Shown one piece after another: positions 1 to 8,165 of a DNA stretch of 64,000 nt; the first letter of the stretch is position 1, and every line of letters begins with the position of its first letter. Below the pieces are notes generated by a model. That model did not search any database, was not told the DNA's origin, and saw only the letters and a program-made list of their open reading frames with translations. Source of the stretch: Acidobacteriota bacterium. Its GTDB lineage: Bacteria; Acidobacteriota; Thermoanaerobaculia; Multivoradales; JAHZIX01. The stretch is taken from the NCBI GenBank assembly GCA_034211275.1, contig JAXHTF010000008.1, positions 10,431 to 74,430 on the forward strand, in the 5' to 3' direction. Both the position numbers and the translations under genes were made by a program.

Positions 1-1
1 G

Positions 2-1123
2 AACGGTGAACGCAGTGTCGCCATCCTGTCGTCGATCCTCAATGCCTTGAGCGACCAAGGGTCCGGCGGTGAAGCCCACATCATCTCCGTCGCCGGCCGG
101 GTGGAGTTCCGCCGCGGAGAGGTCGGCGAGTGGGAAGACGCCCGCATTCGGGTGAGCTTGCGGGACGGCTACTATCTGCGCACCTCGTCCAACGGCTCGG
201 CGGAGATCATGTTCATCGACGGCACCCTGTACACGGTGCGGCCGGACACTCTCTTCTACGTGTCGAGCAATCGAGAGGGAGGATCGCCCGGGCAGACCAT
301 CCGCATGGAGTATGGCTGGGTAGACCTGTCGACGGCGCGCCAGGCAAGCCGGGTCGCCACCCCGGGAGCCCAGGCAGAGGTGCAGGAGGAGTCGTCCGCC
401 ACCGTCGCCTACGATCAGACCTCCCGATCCGGCCGCTTCGCCGCCTACCGTGGAGGCCTCAAGGTGGACACCGACGACGGCGGCTCCCAGCAGGTGGCGG
501 CCCTTCAGGAGGTGGTGCAGCAGCGCGGCCGGCTGTCCGAGCCCCGAGCCATTCCCCAAGCCCCCATCCCCCAGGCCCCCCGGGACAGCTACGAGCAATC
601 TTTGAGCGACGACGAGCCCCTGGTGCTGACCTGGCGGACGGTGTACGGCGCCGACCGCTATGCGCTGCAGATCTCCCGCAGCCCGCTCTTTGTCGACAAC
701 ATCATCGACACGGCGGATCGGCGCAACGAGCGGGCCACCCTGGGGGTGCGCGGGGCCGGCAGCTTTGTTTGGCGGGTGGCGGCCATCGACGGCGAGGGCC
801 GGCGGGGGCCGTGGAGCCAGCTGCGCAAGTTCCGCATCTCGTCGGCGGCCACCGGCGAAGGCCTGGAGCAGGACACGGAGCCGCCTCCGTTGGCGCTCAA
901 CGATGTCCAAGCCTATGGCAGTATTTTCATCGTCTCCGGCGCCACCGAGCCGGGGGCGTCCGTGTCGGTGCGAGGAGAGCCGGTGAAGGTCGCCGCCAAC
1001 GGCACCTTCACCAAAACCGTGCAGGTCCACGAGAATGGTTGGAGCTTCGTCGAAGTTCGCTCCAAAGACGCTTACGGCAACGAAACCGTTCGCCCCATCC
1101 GACTCTACGTGGACAACTTCTGA
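2..1123 (+). CDS. FecR-domain / Fn3-like secreted protein, 5'-truncated at window edge
   Basis: The reading frame is open from the window edge, so the gene starts upstream of the window. Segment GYYLRTSSNGSAEIMFIDGTLYTVRPDTLFYV resembles a FecR/DUF4974 domain, followed by beta-rich Fn3/Big-like segments. Confidence 0.4.
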   Translation, partial: NGERSVAILSSILNALSDQGSGGEAHIISVAGRVEFRRGEVGEWEDARIRVSLRDGYYLRTSSNGSAEIMFIDGTLYTVRPDTLFYVSSNREGGSPGQTIRMEYGWVDLSTARQASRVATPGAQAEVQEESSATVAYDQTSRSGRFAAYRGGLKVDTDDGGSQQVAALQEVVQQRGRLSEPRAIPQAPIPQAPRDSYEQSLSDDEPLVLTWRTVYGADRYALQISRSPLFVDNIIDTADRRNERATLGVRGAGSFVWRVAAIDGEGRRGPWSQLRKFRISSAATGEGLEQDTEPPPLALNDVQAYGSIFIVSGATEPGASVSVRGEPVKVAANGTFTKTVQVHENGWSFVEVRSKDAYGNETVRPIRLYVDNF

Positions 1124-1182
1124 ATCTAGTCGTGGCGCCGGGGAGACCTCGCCGCGCATCAACCAAGAAAGACTGAACGGCA

Positions 1183-2214
1183 ATGCCGCTGGCTGGAATA
1201 CTCCGCTATTTTTCGAAGGATCTCGCTATCGACCTGGGGACCGCCAATACCCTGGTGTTCACGCAGAACCACGGCATCGTGGTGCGCGAACCGTCGGTGG
1301 TGGTGATCAACAAACTCACCAACAAGATCGAAGCCGTCGGCAGCGAGGCCAAGGAAATGCTCGGCCGCACTCCCGGCAACATCGAATCCATCCGCCCCAT
1401 GAAGGACGGTGTCATCGCCGACTTCGCGGTCACCGAACGCATGCTGGAGTACTTCATCAAGAAGGCCCACGGCAAGCGCATGGGCATGATCACTCGCACC
1501 CGCATCGTCATCGGCGTGCCGTCGGAGATCACCCAGGTGGAAAAACGGGCGGTGAAGGACTCGGCCCAGCGCGCTGGCGCCTCCGAAGTCTTCCTGGTGG
1601 AGCAGGCCATGATGGCCGCCATCGGCGCCGGCCTGCCCATCACCGAGCCCTCCGGCAACATGATCGTGGACATCGGCGGCGGCACCACCGACGTGGCGGT
1701 GATTTCCCTGGCGGGAACGGTCTACAGCCGCTCGGTGCGGGTGGCCGGCAACGAGATGGATCAGGCGGTGATCCAGCACTTGAAGCGCAAGTACAACCTG
1801 CTCATCGGCGAGCGCACGGCGGAGCAGATCAAGTGGGAGCTAGGCTCCGCCTATCCGCTGAAGGAAGAGCTGCGCATGGAGATCAAGGGTCGGGATCTGG
1901 TGGAAGGGGTGCCCAAGACTCTGACCATCACCGATCACGAGATCCGCGAGGCGCTGGCGGAGCCGGTCTCTACCATCGTCGAGGCTGTGCGCCAGGCCCT
2001 GGAGCGGACACCGCCGGAGCTGTCCGCGGACATCATGGACAAGGGCATCGTACTCTCCGGCGGCGGCGCGTTGCTCAAGGGCTTGGACGAGCGCTTGCGG
2101 GATGCCACGGGCCTACCGGTGGTGCAGGCGGAGGATCCTCTGGCCTCCGTGGTCCTGGGCACCGGCAAGATGCTCGAGGACATGGAACTGCTGCGCAAGG
2201 TCTCCATTCAGTAG
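1183..2214 (+). CDS. mreB: rod shape-determining protein MreB (actin homologue)
   Basis: Full-length match to the MreB pattern: DLGTANTLV phosphate-1 motif, EPSVV, DIGGGTTDVAVIS, LSGGGALLKGLD. Approximately 343 aa. Confidence 0.95.
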   Translation: MPLAGILRYFSKDLAIDLGTANTLVFTQNHGIVVREPSVVVINKLTNKIEAVGSEAKEMLGRTPGNIESIRPMKDGVIADFAVTERMLEYFIKKAHGKRMGMITRTRIVIGVPSEITQVEKRAVKDSAQRAGASEVFLVEQAMMAAIGAGLPITEPSGNMIVDIGGGTTDVAVISLAGTVYSRSVRVAGNEMDQAVIQHLKRKYNLLIGERTAEQIKWELGSAYPLKEELRMEIKGRDLVEGVPKTLTITDHEIREALAEPVSTIVEAVRQALERTPPELSADIMDKGIVLSGGGALLKGLDERLRDATGLPVVQAEDPLASVVLGTGKMLEDMELLRKVSIQ

Positions 2215-2215
2215 C

Positions 2216-3082
2216 GTGAACGACCGCTGGACCGGGTGGCTGCTTCTCTTCTTGCTGCTGGGTCAGGCCCTGATGGTGACCCTTCAGGCCGCCGGCTCCG
2301 GCACCAGCCGCCTAGAGGCCGCTGCTCTGGCGGTGCTCGCCCCGGTCTCCCGGGGCGTCACCCACAGCGTCGAGCTCACCCGTCAATTCGGCGAGAACCT
2401 GCGCCAGCGCAGCACCCTGCAGGTGGAGAACGATCGCCTGCGGGAGGAGAATCTGCAATTGCATCGCCAGCTGCAACGCCTCCAGGAGCTGGAGAGTCAG
2501 GTGCGCCAGCTGGCGGAAGCGGTGAGCTATGACCCTCCCCAACAGGGCGAGTATCGGGTGGCGGACGTGGTCTACGTCGACCATACCTCGTGGCTGCGCA
2601 CCCTGGTGCTCTACGCACCGCAGCAGGGCCTCACCGTCGACCAGGCGGTGCTCACGTCCCGCGGGCTGGTGGGGCGAGTGGTGCTGGTCACCGGCCCCTA
2701 CGCCAAGGTCCAGCTGATCACCGACCGCGCCGCCAGCGTCGGAGCGCTGGTGCAGCGGACCCGGCGCCAGGGCATGGTGCGGGGTACCGGCGACGGCGAG
2801 CTGGAGCTAGCCTATCTGCCGCAGCAAAGCGACGTCCGCCTGGGGGACCGGGTGGTCACCTCGGGCACCGACGGCATCTTCCCTCGCGGCCTGCCCATCG
2901 GCACCGTCGCCTCGGTGGAGACCGGCACCGATCTTTTCCACCGCATCCGGCTGGCACCGGCGGTGGACTTCGGAACCCTCGACCACGCCTACGTGCTGGA
3001 ACGCCAGGCGGTGCCGAAACGCATTCTGGAGGCCCAGCCCGGCGGCGCCGGCGAGGCCACGCCCCAGGAGGCCACACCGTGA
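2216..3082 (+). CDS. mreC: rod shape-determining protein MreC
   Basis: Position immediately downstream of mreB; GTG start 2 nt after the mreB stop. N-terminal TM segment, coiled-coil region (LQLHRQLQRLQELESQVRQL), then a beta-rich MreC domain (GLVGRVV...VVTSGTDGIFPRGLPIG). Confidence 0.85.
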   Translation: MNDRWTGWLLLFLLLGQALMVTLQAAGSGTSRLEAAALAVLAPVSRGVTHSVELTRQFGENLRQRSTLQVENDRLREENLQLHRQLQRLQELESQVRQLAEAVSYDPPQQGEYRVADVVYVDHTSWLRTLVLYAPQQGLTVDQAVLTSRGLVGRVVLVTGPYAKVQLITDRAASVGALVQRTRRQGMVRGTGDGELELAYLPQQSDVRLGDRVVTSGTDGIFPRGLPIGTVASVETGTDLFHRIRLAPAVDFGTLDHAYVLERQAVPKRILEAQPGGAGEATPQEATP

Positions 3083-3594
3083 GCACCCGGGCGTTTCTCA
3101 TCGGCCTTGTGACGGTGTTGGTCGTACATCTCGCCGGGGTCCAGTTGAGCCCCTATTTCGGCCGGGCCATCGATCTCTTCATCGTCCTCACCATGCTCAA
3201 CGCCCTCGACGGGCGCACTGGGCCGGGGATGCTGGGAGGATTCATCTGCGGCCTCTGCTTCGATGCCTTCAGTGGCCAGCCCTTCGGCCTCTACGGCTTC
3301 GCCAATACCCTCGCCGGCTATCTCACCGCCGTGGTGGTGCACCGCCTCATCACCCGGCACCCGCTGGGGTTGCTGGCGGTGATGGCGGTGGCCTCGACGG
3401 TGCAGCAGGCCTCCCTGGTGCTGCTCGCCTGGATGGCCATTCCCAATCCGGACCTGCCCCAGCTACCCTGGCTGGCGTTGCGGGTCGCCACCAGCTCGCT
3501 GTTGGGCCTGCTCTTCTATCTGACGGGTCGGAGATTCCAGCGCCTCCGGGAGCAGCGCCGCCTCACCCGTCGATCTCCCATCAAGCTGGGGTAG
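3079..3594 (+). CDS. mreD: rod shape-determining protein MreD
   Basis: GTGA start-stop overlap with mreC. Small polytopic membrane protein of about 170 aa in the canonical mreBCD position. Confidence 0.7.
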   Translation: MSTRAFLIGLVTVLVVHLAGVQLSPYFGRAIDLFIVLTMLNALDGRTGPGMLGGFICGLCFDAFSGQPFGLYGFANTLAGYLTAVVVHRLITRHPLGLLAVMAVASTVQQASLVLLAWMAIPNPDLPQLPWLALRVATSSLLGLLFYLTGRRFQRLREQRRLTRRSPIKLG

Positions 3595-3633
3595 TTGGCT
3601 GGCAAGGAGCGCTAAGATCTTGAGGACAAAACG

Positions 3634-5433
3634 ATGAACGCCGAACGGGTAGGAGAGAACCGCGAGCATCTGGTGGGACGGCTGCGCCTGCTCATCGGCG
3701 CTCTCGTGCTCTTCCACGGCTTCGTGCTGGCGGGCTTCTGGGTGGTGCAGATCGTCCACGGTGAGCAATATCGCTCGCTGTCGGAGAACAACCGGCTGCG
3801 CCGCCAGCCGGTGGAGGCTCTGCGGGGACTGATCTACGACCGCAACGGGCATCTGCTGGTGGAGAACGTGCCCAGCTACGACCTGCAGCTGGACCGCAAC
3901 CACACCCGCGATCTCGAAGCCAGCCTGCGCTTCGCCGCCGGCATTCTGGAGACCTCGCCGGAGGAGCTGGCGGCCGCGCTGGAGCGGCCCCATCCGGGAC
4001 ACCGCTTCGCTCCGGTGACGGTGGCGGAGAACCTCTCCATGACCCAGCTGGCGCGCATCGAAGCCGCCGGCCTGGAGCATCCGGAATTCCAGATTCAGGT
4101 GCGCCAGCTGCGACTCTACCGCTACGGCCCCACCACCGCCCACGTGCTGGGTTATTTGGGCGAGGTCACGGAGGAAGAACTGGCCCGCGCCGACAGCACC
4201 TACGAGCCCGGCGATCTAATCGGTCGCCGGGGCATCGAGCGCACCTACGATGCGGAGCTGCGGGGAGAGGACGGCGAACGGGTGGTGGTGGTGGACAGCC
4301 GCGGCAAGCTGGTGGAGGAATTCGGCCGCGAGCCTTCGACGGTGGGCAGCAACCTGCACTTGACCCTCGATCTGGAGCTCCAGCAGGAGGCCATGGAGCT
4401 GCTGCGGGACCAAGTCGGCGCGGTGGTGGCTCTGGACCCACGGGACGGGGGCATCCTGGCCCTCGCCTCGTCGCCGTCTTACGATCCCAATCTGTTCTCC
4501 CGGCGGCTCCAGGCGGACCAGTGGCGAACCCTGCTGGAGGCCCCCCACGACCCGCTCCAGACACGGCCGATCCAGAATACCTACTCCCCGGGCTCGGTGT
4601 TCAAGATCGTTCTCGGTCTCGCCGGTCTCAACGAGGGGGCGGTGTCGCCCCAGGATCGAGTCTTCTGCGGCGGCGCCGTGCGCTTCTACAATCACCGCTT
4701 CCGCTGCTGGCGCCGGGCCGGCCACGGCTGGGTGAACCTCGAGGAAGCGATCCAGAAATCCTGCGACATCTATTTCTATGATCTGGGCCAGCGCCTGGGC
4801 ATCCAGCGCATCGCCCGTTTCGCCGAACGCTTCGGCCTCGGGCAGCTGACCCACATCGATCTATCGGGGGAGAAGGAAGGCGTGGTGCCGGACAAGGATT
4901 GGAGCCTGCGGGTGCGGCGCTCGCCCTGGTTCCCCGGCGAGACCATCTCCGTGGCCATCGGCCAGGGACCACTCCTCACCACTCCCTTGCAGGTCGCCCG
5001 CATGATGGCCATGGTGGCCAACGACGGCCGACCGGTGACGCCCCACCTTCGTCTGGACCAAGCCCTGCCCCGGGTCGACCCGGTGGATCTCGACCGCCGG
5101 GCCCTGGAACGGGTCCAGCGAGCCCTGTGGATGGTGGTCAACGACATCAACGGCACCGGCCGGTCCGCGGCAGTGGAAGGTCTGGACGTAGCGGGCAAAA
5201 CCGGCACCGTCCAGGTCGTAGCGCAGCGGACCTGGACCGACAACAGCGAATTACCGGAGGACCAGCGGGACCACGCCTGGTTCGCTTCCTACGCCCCCTT
5301 CGACGACCCCCGACTGGTGGTGGTCGTTTTCGTCGAGCACGGCGGCAAGGGCTCTCAAGCCGCCGCCCCCATCGCCCGAGCACTGTATGAGAAGTACTTC
5401 CAGGACCAGCTCCGGCCTGCTGCCGCTGGCTGA
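3634..5433 (+). CDS. mrdA: penicillin-binding protein 2 (peptidoglycan D,D-transpeptidase MrdA)
   Basis: N-terminal TM anchor and PBP dimerisation domain. Transpeptidase motifs SPGSVFK (SxxK), SCD (SxN-like) and KTGT. Sits downstream of mreD. Confidence 0.9.
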   Translation: MNAERVGENREHLVGRLRLLIGALVLFHGFVLAGFWVVQIVHGEQYRSLSENNRLRRQPVEALRGLIYDRNGHLLVENVPSYDLQLDRNHTRDLEASLRFAAGILETSPEELAAALERPHPGHRFAPVTVAENLSMTQLARIEAAGLEHPEFQIQVRQLRLYRYGPTTAHVLGYLGEVTEEELARADSTYEPGDLIGRRGIERTYDAELRGEDGERVVVVDSRGKLVEEFGREPSTVGSNLHLTLDLELQQEAMELLRDQVGAVVALDPRDGGILALASSPSYDPNLFSRRLQADQWRTLLEAPHDPLQTRPIQNTYSPGSVFKIVLGLAGLNEGAVSPQDRVFCGGAVRFYNHRFRCWRRAGHGWVNLEEAIQKSCDIYFYDLGQRLGIQRIARFAERFGLGQLTHIDLSGEKEGVVPDKDWSLRVRRSPWFPGETISVAIGQGPLLTTPLQVARMMAMVANDGRPVTPHLRLDQALPRVDPVDLDRRALERVQRALWMVVNDINGTGRSAAVEGLDVAGKTGTVQVVAQRTWTDNSELPEDQRDHAWFASYAPFDDPRLVVVVFVEHGGKGSQAAAPIARALYEKYFQDQLRPAAAG

Positions 5434-6529
5434 CGCCCAGAGCACCTTCCGCCACCTCACGGCCATCGATTGGGGCTTGCTGGTTTCCGGCTTGCTCCTC
5501 GGGCTCATCGGGCTGGCGACGGTCAACAGCGCCAGCGCCGAGCTCTCCGCCGACTACCTTTCCCGCCAGGCGGTGTGGTTGAGCCTCGGCGTCTTCGCCC
5601 TGGTGTTGGCGCTGGCGGTGGACTACCACAAGCTGCTCCACGCAGCGCCCTATTTCTACGGCCTGGGGCTGGTGCTCTTGTTGTTGGTCTTCCTGGTAGG
5701 CCGCGAGGCCGGCGGCGCCCAGAGCCGCCTCGGCGTCGGCGCGTTGAGCATCCAGCCCTCGGAGTTCGCCAAGCTAGCTACAGCGCTGCTCCTGAGCCGA
5801 TTCTTCGCCGGCTTGAAGAAACCTCGCCTGCACCTCAAGGACATCTTCATGGCGCTGCTCATCACCGGAGTGCCGGTGACCATGGTGGCCCTGGAGCCGG
5901 ACTTGGGCAGCGCCGCCATGTTCTGCCCCATCCTCGGCGGCATGCTCTTCGTCGCCGGCGTCCGCGGCCGCACCATCGTCGTCGCCGTGCTCCTGGGGCT
6001 GGTGCTCGGCGCCGGGGTGTGGACCTTCGGCATGCACGACTACCAGCGCCAGCGGGTGGTGACCTTCCTGCAGCCGGAAAGCGACCCCCTGGGCGCCGGC
6101 TACCAGGTGCGCCAGAGCAAGATCGCCGTCGGCTCCGGCGGCCTGACGGGCCAAGGCTACATGCAAGGCACCCAAAGCCAGCTGCGCTTCCTCCCGGCCC
6201 GCCACACGGATTTCATCTTTGCCGTCCTGGCGGAGGAGTGGGGCTTTACCGGGGTGGTGGTGGTGGAAGGCCTGTATGCCCTCTACCTGCTCAGCGCCGC
6301 CGGCATCGCGTTGCGCGCTCGCAACCGGGCGGGCATCTTCCTGGTCACCGGCCTGGTGTCCCTGCTCGCCTTCCACATCCTCTACAACACCGCCATGGTG
6401 GTAGGCCTGGTACCCATCACCGGCATTCCTCTGCCGTTTCTCTCCTACGGCGGCTCCTTCACCCTGATGTGCTGCATCGCCACCGGATTGATCCTCAACG
6501 TCGACCTCCGGCGCTACGTCAACCGGTGA
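5387..6529 (+). CDS. rodA: peptidoglycan glycosyltransferase RodA (SEDS family: shape, elongation, division, sporulation)
   Basis: FtsW/RodA/SpoVE-type polytopic membrane protein. Paired with PBP2. The ATG at 5387 overlaps the mrdA 3' end, so the true start may lie slightly downstream. Confidence 0.8.
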   Translation: MRSTSRTSSGLLPLADAQSTFRHLTAIDWGLLVSGLLLGLIGLATVNSASAELSADYLSRQAVWLSLGVFALVLALAVDYHKLLHAAPYFYGLGLVLLLLVFLVGREAGGAQSRLGVGALSIQPSEFAKLATALLLSRFFAGLKKPRLHLKDIFMALLITGVPVTMVALEPDLGSAAMFCPILGGMLFVAGVRGRTIVVAVLLGLVLGAGVWTFGMHDYQRQRVVTFLQPESDPLGAGYQVRQSKIAVGSGGLTGQGYMQGTQSQLRFLPARHTDFIFAVLAEEWGFTGVVVVEGLYALYLLSAAGIALRARNRAGIFLVTGLVSLLAFHILYNTAMVVGLVPITGIPLPFLSYGGSFTLMCCIATGLILNVDLRRYVNR

Positions 6530-6588
6530 TCTCCCGCCGGTGGTGACCTCCAGCTAGAGCATCAGTTGTGTTTCAATAAGAGCTCGTC

Positions 6589-6636
6589 GGGCGGCCCCGG
6601 TATAGGGCGGCCCCGGTATAGGGCGGTCCCGGTATA
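6589..6636. repeat. 3 x 16-bp perfect/near-perfect tandem repeat GGGCGG(C/T)CCCGGTATA in the rng 5' leader
   Basis: Read directly: units at 6589-6604, 6605-6620 and 6621-6636, with one C->T change in the third copy. Located about 20-70 nt upstream of the RNase G start. Confidence 0.9.
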
Positions 6637-6656
6637 GGTAGCGTGAAGGAGCCCAC

Positions 6657-8165
6657 TTGACCCAAAAGATGCTCGTCGAGAGCAATCTGCACGAAACCCG
6701 CATCGCGGTGCTCGAAGACGAGCGGCTGACCGAGCTCTTCGTCGAGCGGATGCGTGAGCGAGGCTTGGTGGGCAATGTCTACAAAGGGCGGGTGACCCGG
6801 GTATTGCCGGGGATGCAGGCCGCCTTCGTCAACATCGGCCTGGAGCGCGACGCCTTCCTTTACGTCAGCGATGTGGGCCCGGTGGAGACGCCGGAAGTGG
6901 ACGACGACCTGGACCTCGAGGAGGAGCTGGAGAGCGGCCTGGCGGAGCGGGACCCGCCGCCGCCGCCATCGATCCAGGAGCTGCTACGCCAGGGCGAGGA
7001 GCTGGTGGTGCAAGTGACCAAGGATCCCCTGCCCAACAAGGGCGCCCGCATCACCGCCCACGTCACCCTGCCGGGGCGCTACCTGGTCCTGCTGCCGGGG
7101 GTCCACCACCTGGGGGTCTCCCGCCGCATCGAGGAGGAAGAGGAGCGGCAGCGGCTCCTCGGTGTGCTGGAAAGCCTCGAATGCTCCGTCGGCGGGCTCA
7201 TCGTACGGACCGTCGGAGAGGGAGTGGATCGGGAGGCCTTCGCCACCGACCTCACCTATCTCGAGGGCCTGTGGCAGCGCATCCAGCAGCGGGCGGCCAA
7301 GGTCGGCGCCCCGACCCTGCTGCACCGCGAGCTGGATCTCGCCCTGCGCACCGTCCGAGACCTCTTCTCCGAAGATTTCGAGCTGCTGTGGGTCGACGGC
7401 GAAGAAATCTACGCCCGCATCGTCGACTTCCTCGACCAGGTGCAGCCGGCACTGGTGGGCCGGGTCAAGCTCTACGGCCGCGACGAGCCTTTATTCCAGG
7501 CCTACCGCATCGACCAGGAGATGGAGGCCGCCCTGCGCAGCAAGGTGTGGCTCAAGAGCGGCGGCTATCTGGTCATCCACCCCACCGAGGCGCTGGTGGC
7601 CATCGACGTCAACACCGGCCGCTTCACCGGCACCCAGGACCTGGAAGACACGGTGGTCAAGACCAACCTCGAGGCGATTCAGGAGGTGGTACGGCAAATC
7701 CGCCTGCGGGACCTGGGGGGCATCATCGTCCTCGACCTCATCGACATGGGCGACGAGGAGAACCGCCAGCTGGTGTTCAGCGCGCTGGAGAAGGAGCTGG
7801 CCAAGGACCGCACCAAGAACCGGGTGCTGAGCATCTCCGAATTCGGCTTGGTAGAGCTCACCCGCAAACGCACCCGCCCGAGCCTGGAGCGCATGCTCAC
7901 CCAGCCCTGTCCGTATTGTCAGGGACGCGGGCGCATCCGCTCCCTCGCCACCATCTGTCTGAGCCTGCGCCGCGACGCCCTCGGCCGGCGGGACCAGCTG
8001 GCCGGCGCCGAGCTGCTGCTGCGAGTCCATCCGGACGTCGCCGAGGCCCTGCAACGGGACGAGCGGCCGATCCTGGACGAGCTCCAGGAGCTCCTCGAAA
8101 CATCGGTACTGGTGCAGAGCGACGCCACCCTCCACCACGAGCAATATGACCTCTCGGAGCTCTAA
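6657..8165 (+). CDS. rng: ribonuclease G (RNase E/G family, catalytic domain only)
   Basis: S1 domain followed by the RNase E/G catalytic core (VYKGRVTRVLPGMQAAFVNIG...). About 500 aa, so RNase G/CafA-sized. The start is either TTG 6657 or ATG 6669. Confidence 0.8.
   Translation: MTQKMLVESNLHETRIAVLEDERLTELFVERMRERGLVGNVYKGRVTRVLPGMQAAFVNIGLERDAFLYVSDVGPVETPEVDDDLDLEEELESGLAERDPPPPPSIQELLRQGEELVVQVTKDPLPNKGARITAHVTLPGRYLVLLPGVHHLGVSRRIEEEEERQRLLGVLESLECSVGGLIVRTVGEGVDREAFATDLTYLEGLWQRIQQRAAKVGAPTLLHRELDLALRTVRDLFSEDFELLWVDGEEIYARIVDFLDQVQPALVGRVKLYGRDEPLFQAYRIDQEMEAALRSKVWLKSGGYLVIHPTEALVAIDVNTGRFTGTQDLEDTVVKTNLEAIQEVVRQIRLRDLGGIIVLDLIDMGDEENRQLVFSALEKELAKDRTKNRVLSISEFGLVELTRKRTRPSLERMLTQPCPYCQGRGRIRSLATICLSLRRDALGRRDQLAGAELLLRVHPDVAEALQRDERPILDELQELLETSVLVQSDATLHHEQYDLSEL

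Noticed and set aside
2102-2215. Upstream extension of the mreC ORF to ATG 2102
   Set aside because: It would overlap 113 nt of mreB in another frame. GTG 2216, directly after the mreB stop, gives a normal MreC N-terminus.
130-2219. ORFs 130-1176 and 1035-2219 (+), 1159-1779 and 1206-1688 (-), overlapping the FecR-like gene and mreB
   Set aside because: These are alternative-frame or antisense shadows typical of ~70% GC DNA. mreB and the FecR-like frame have clear homology; the others do not.
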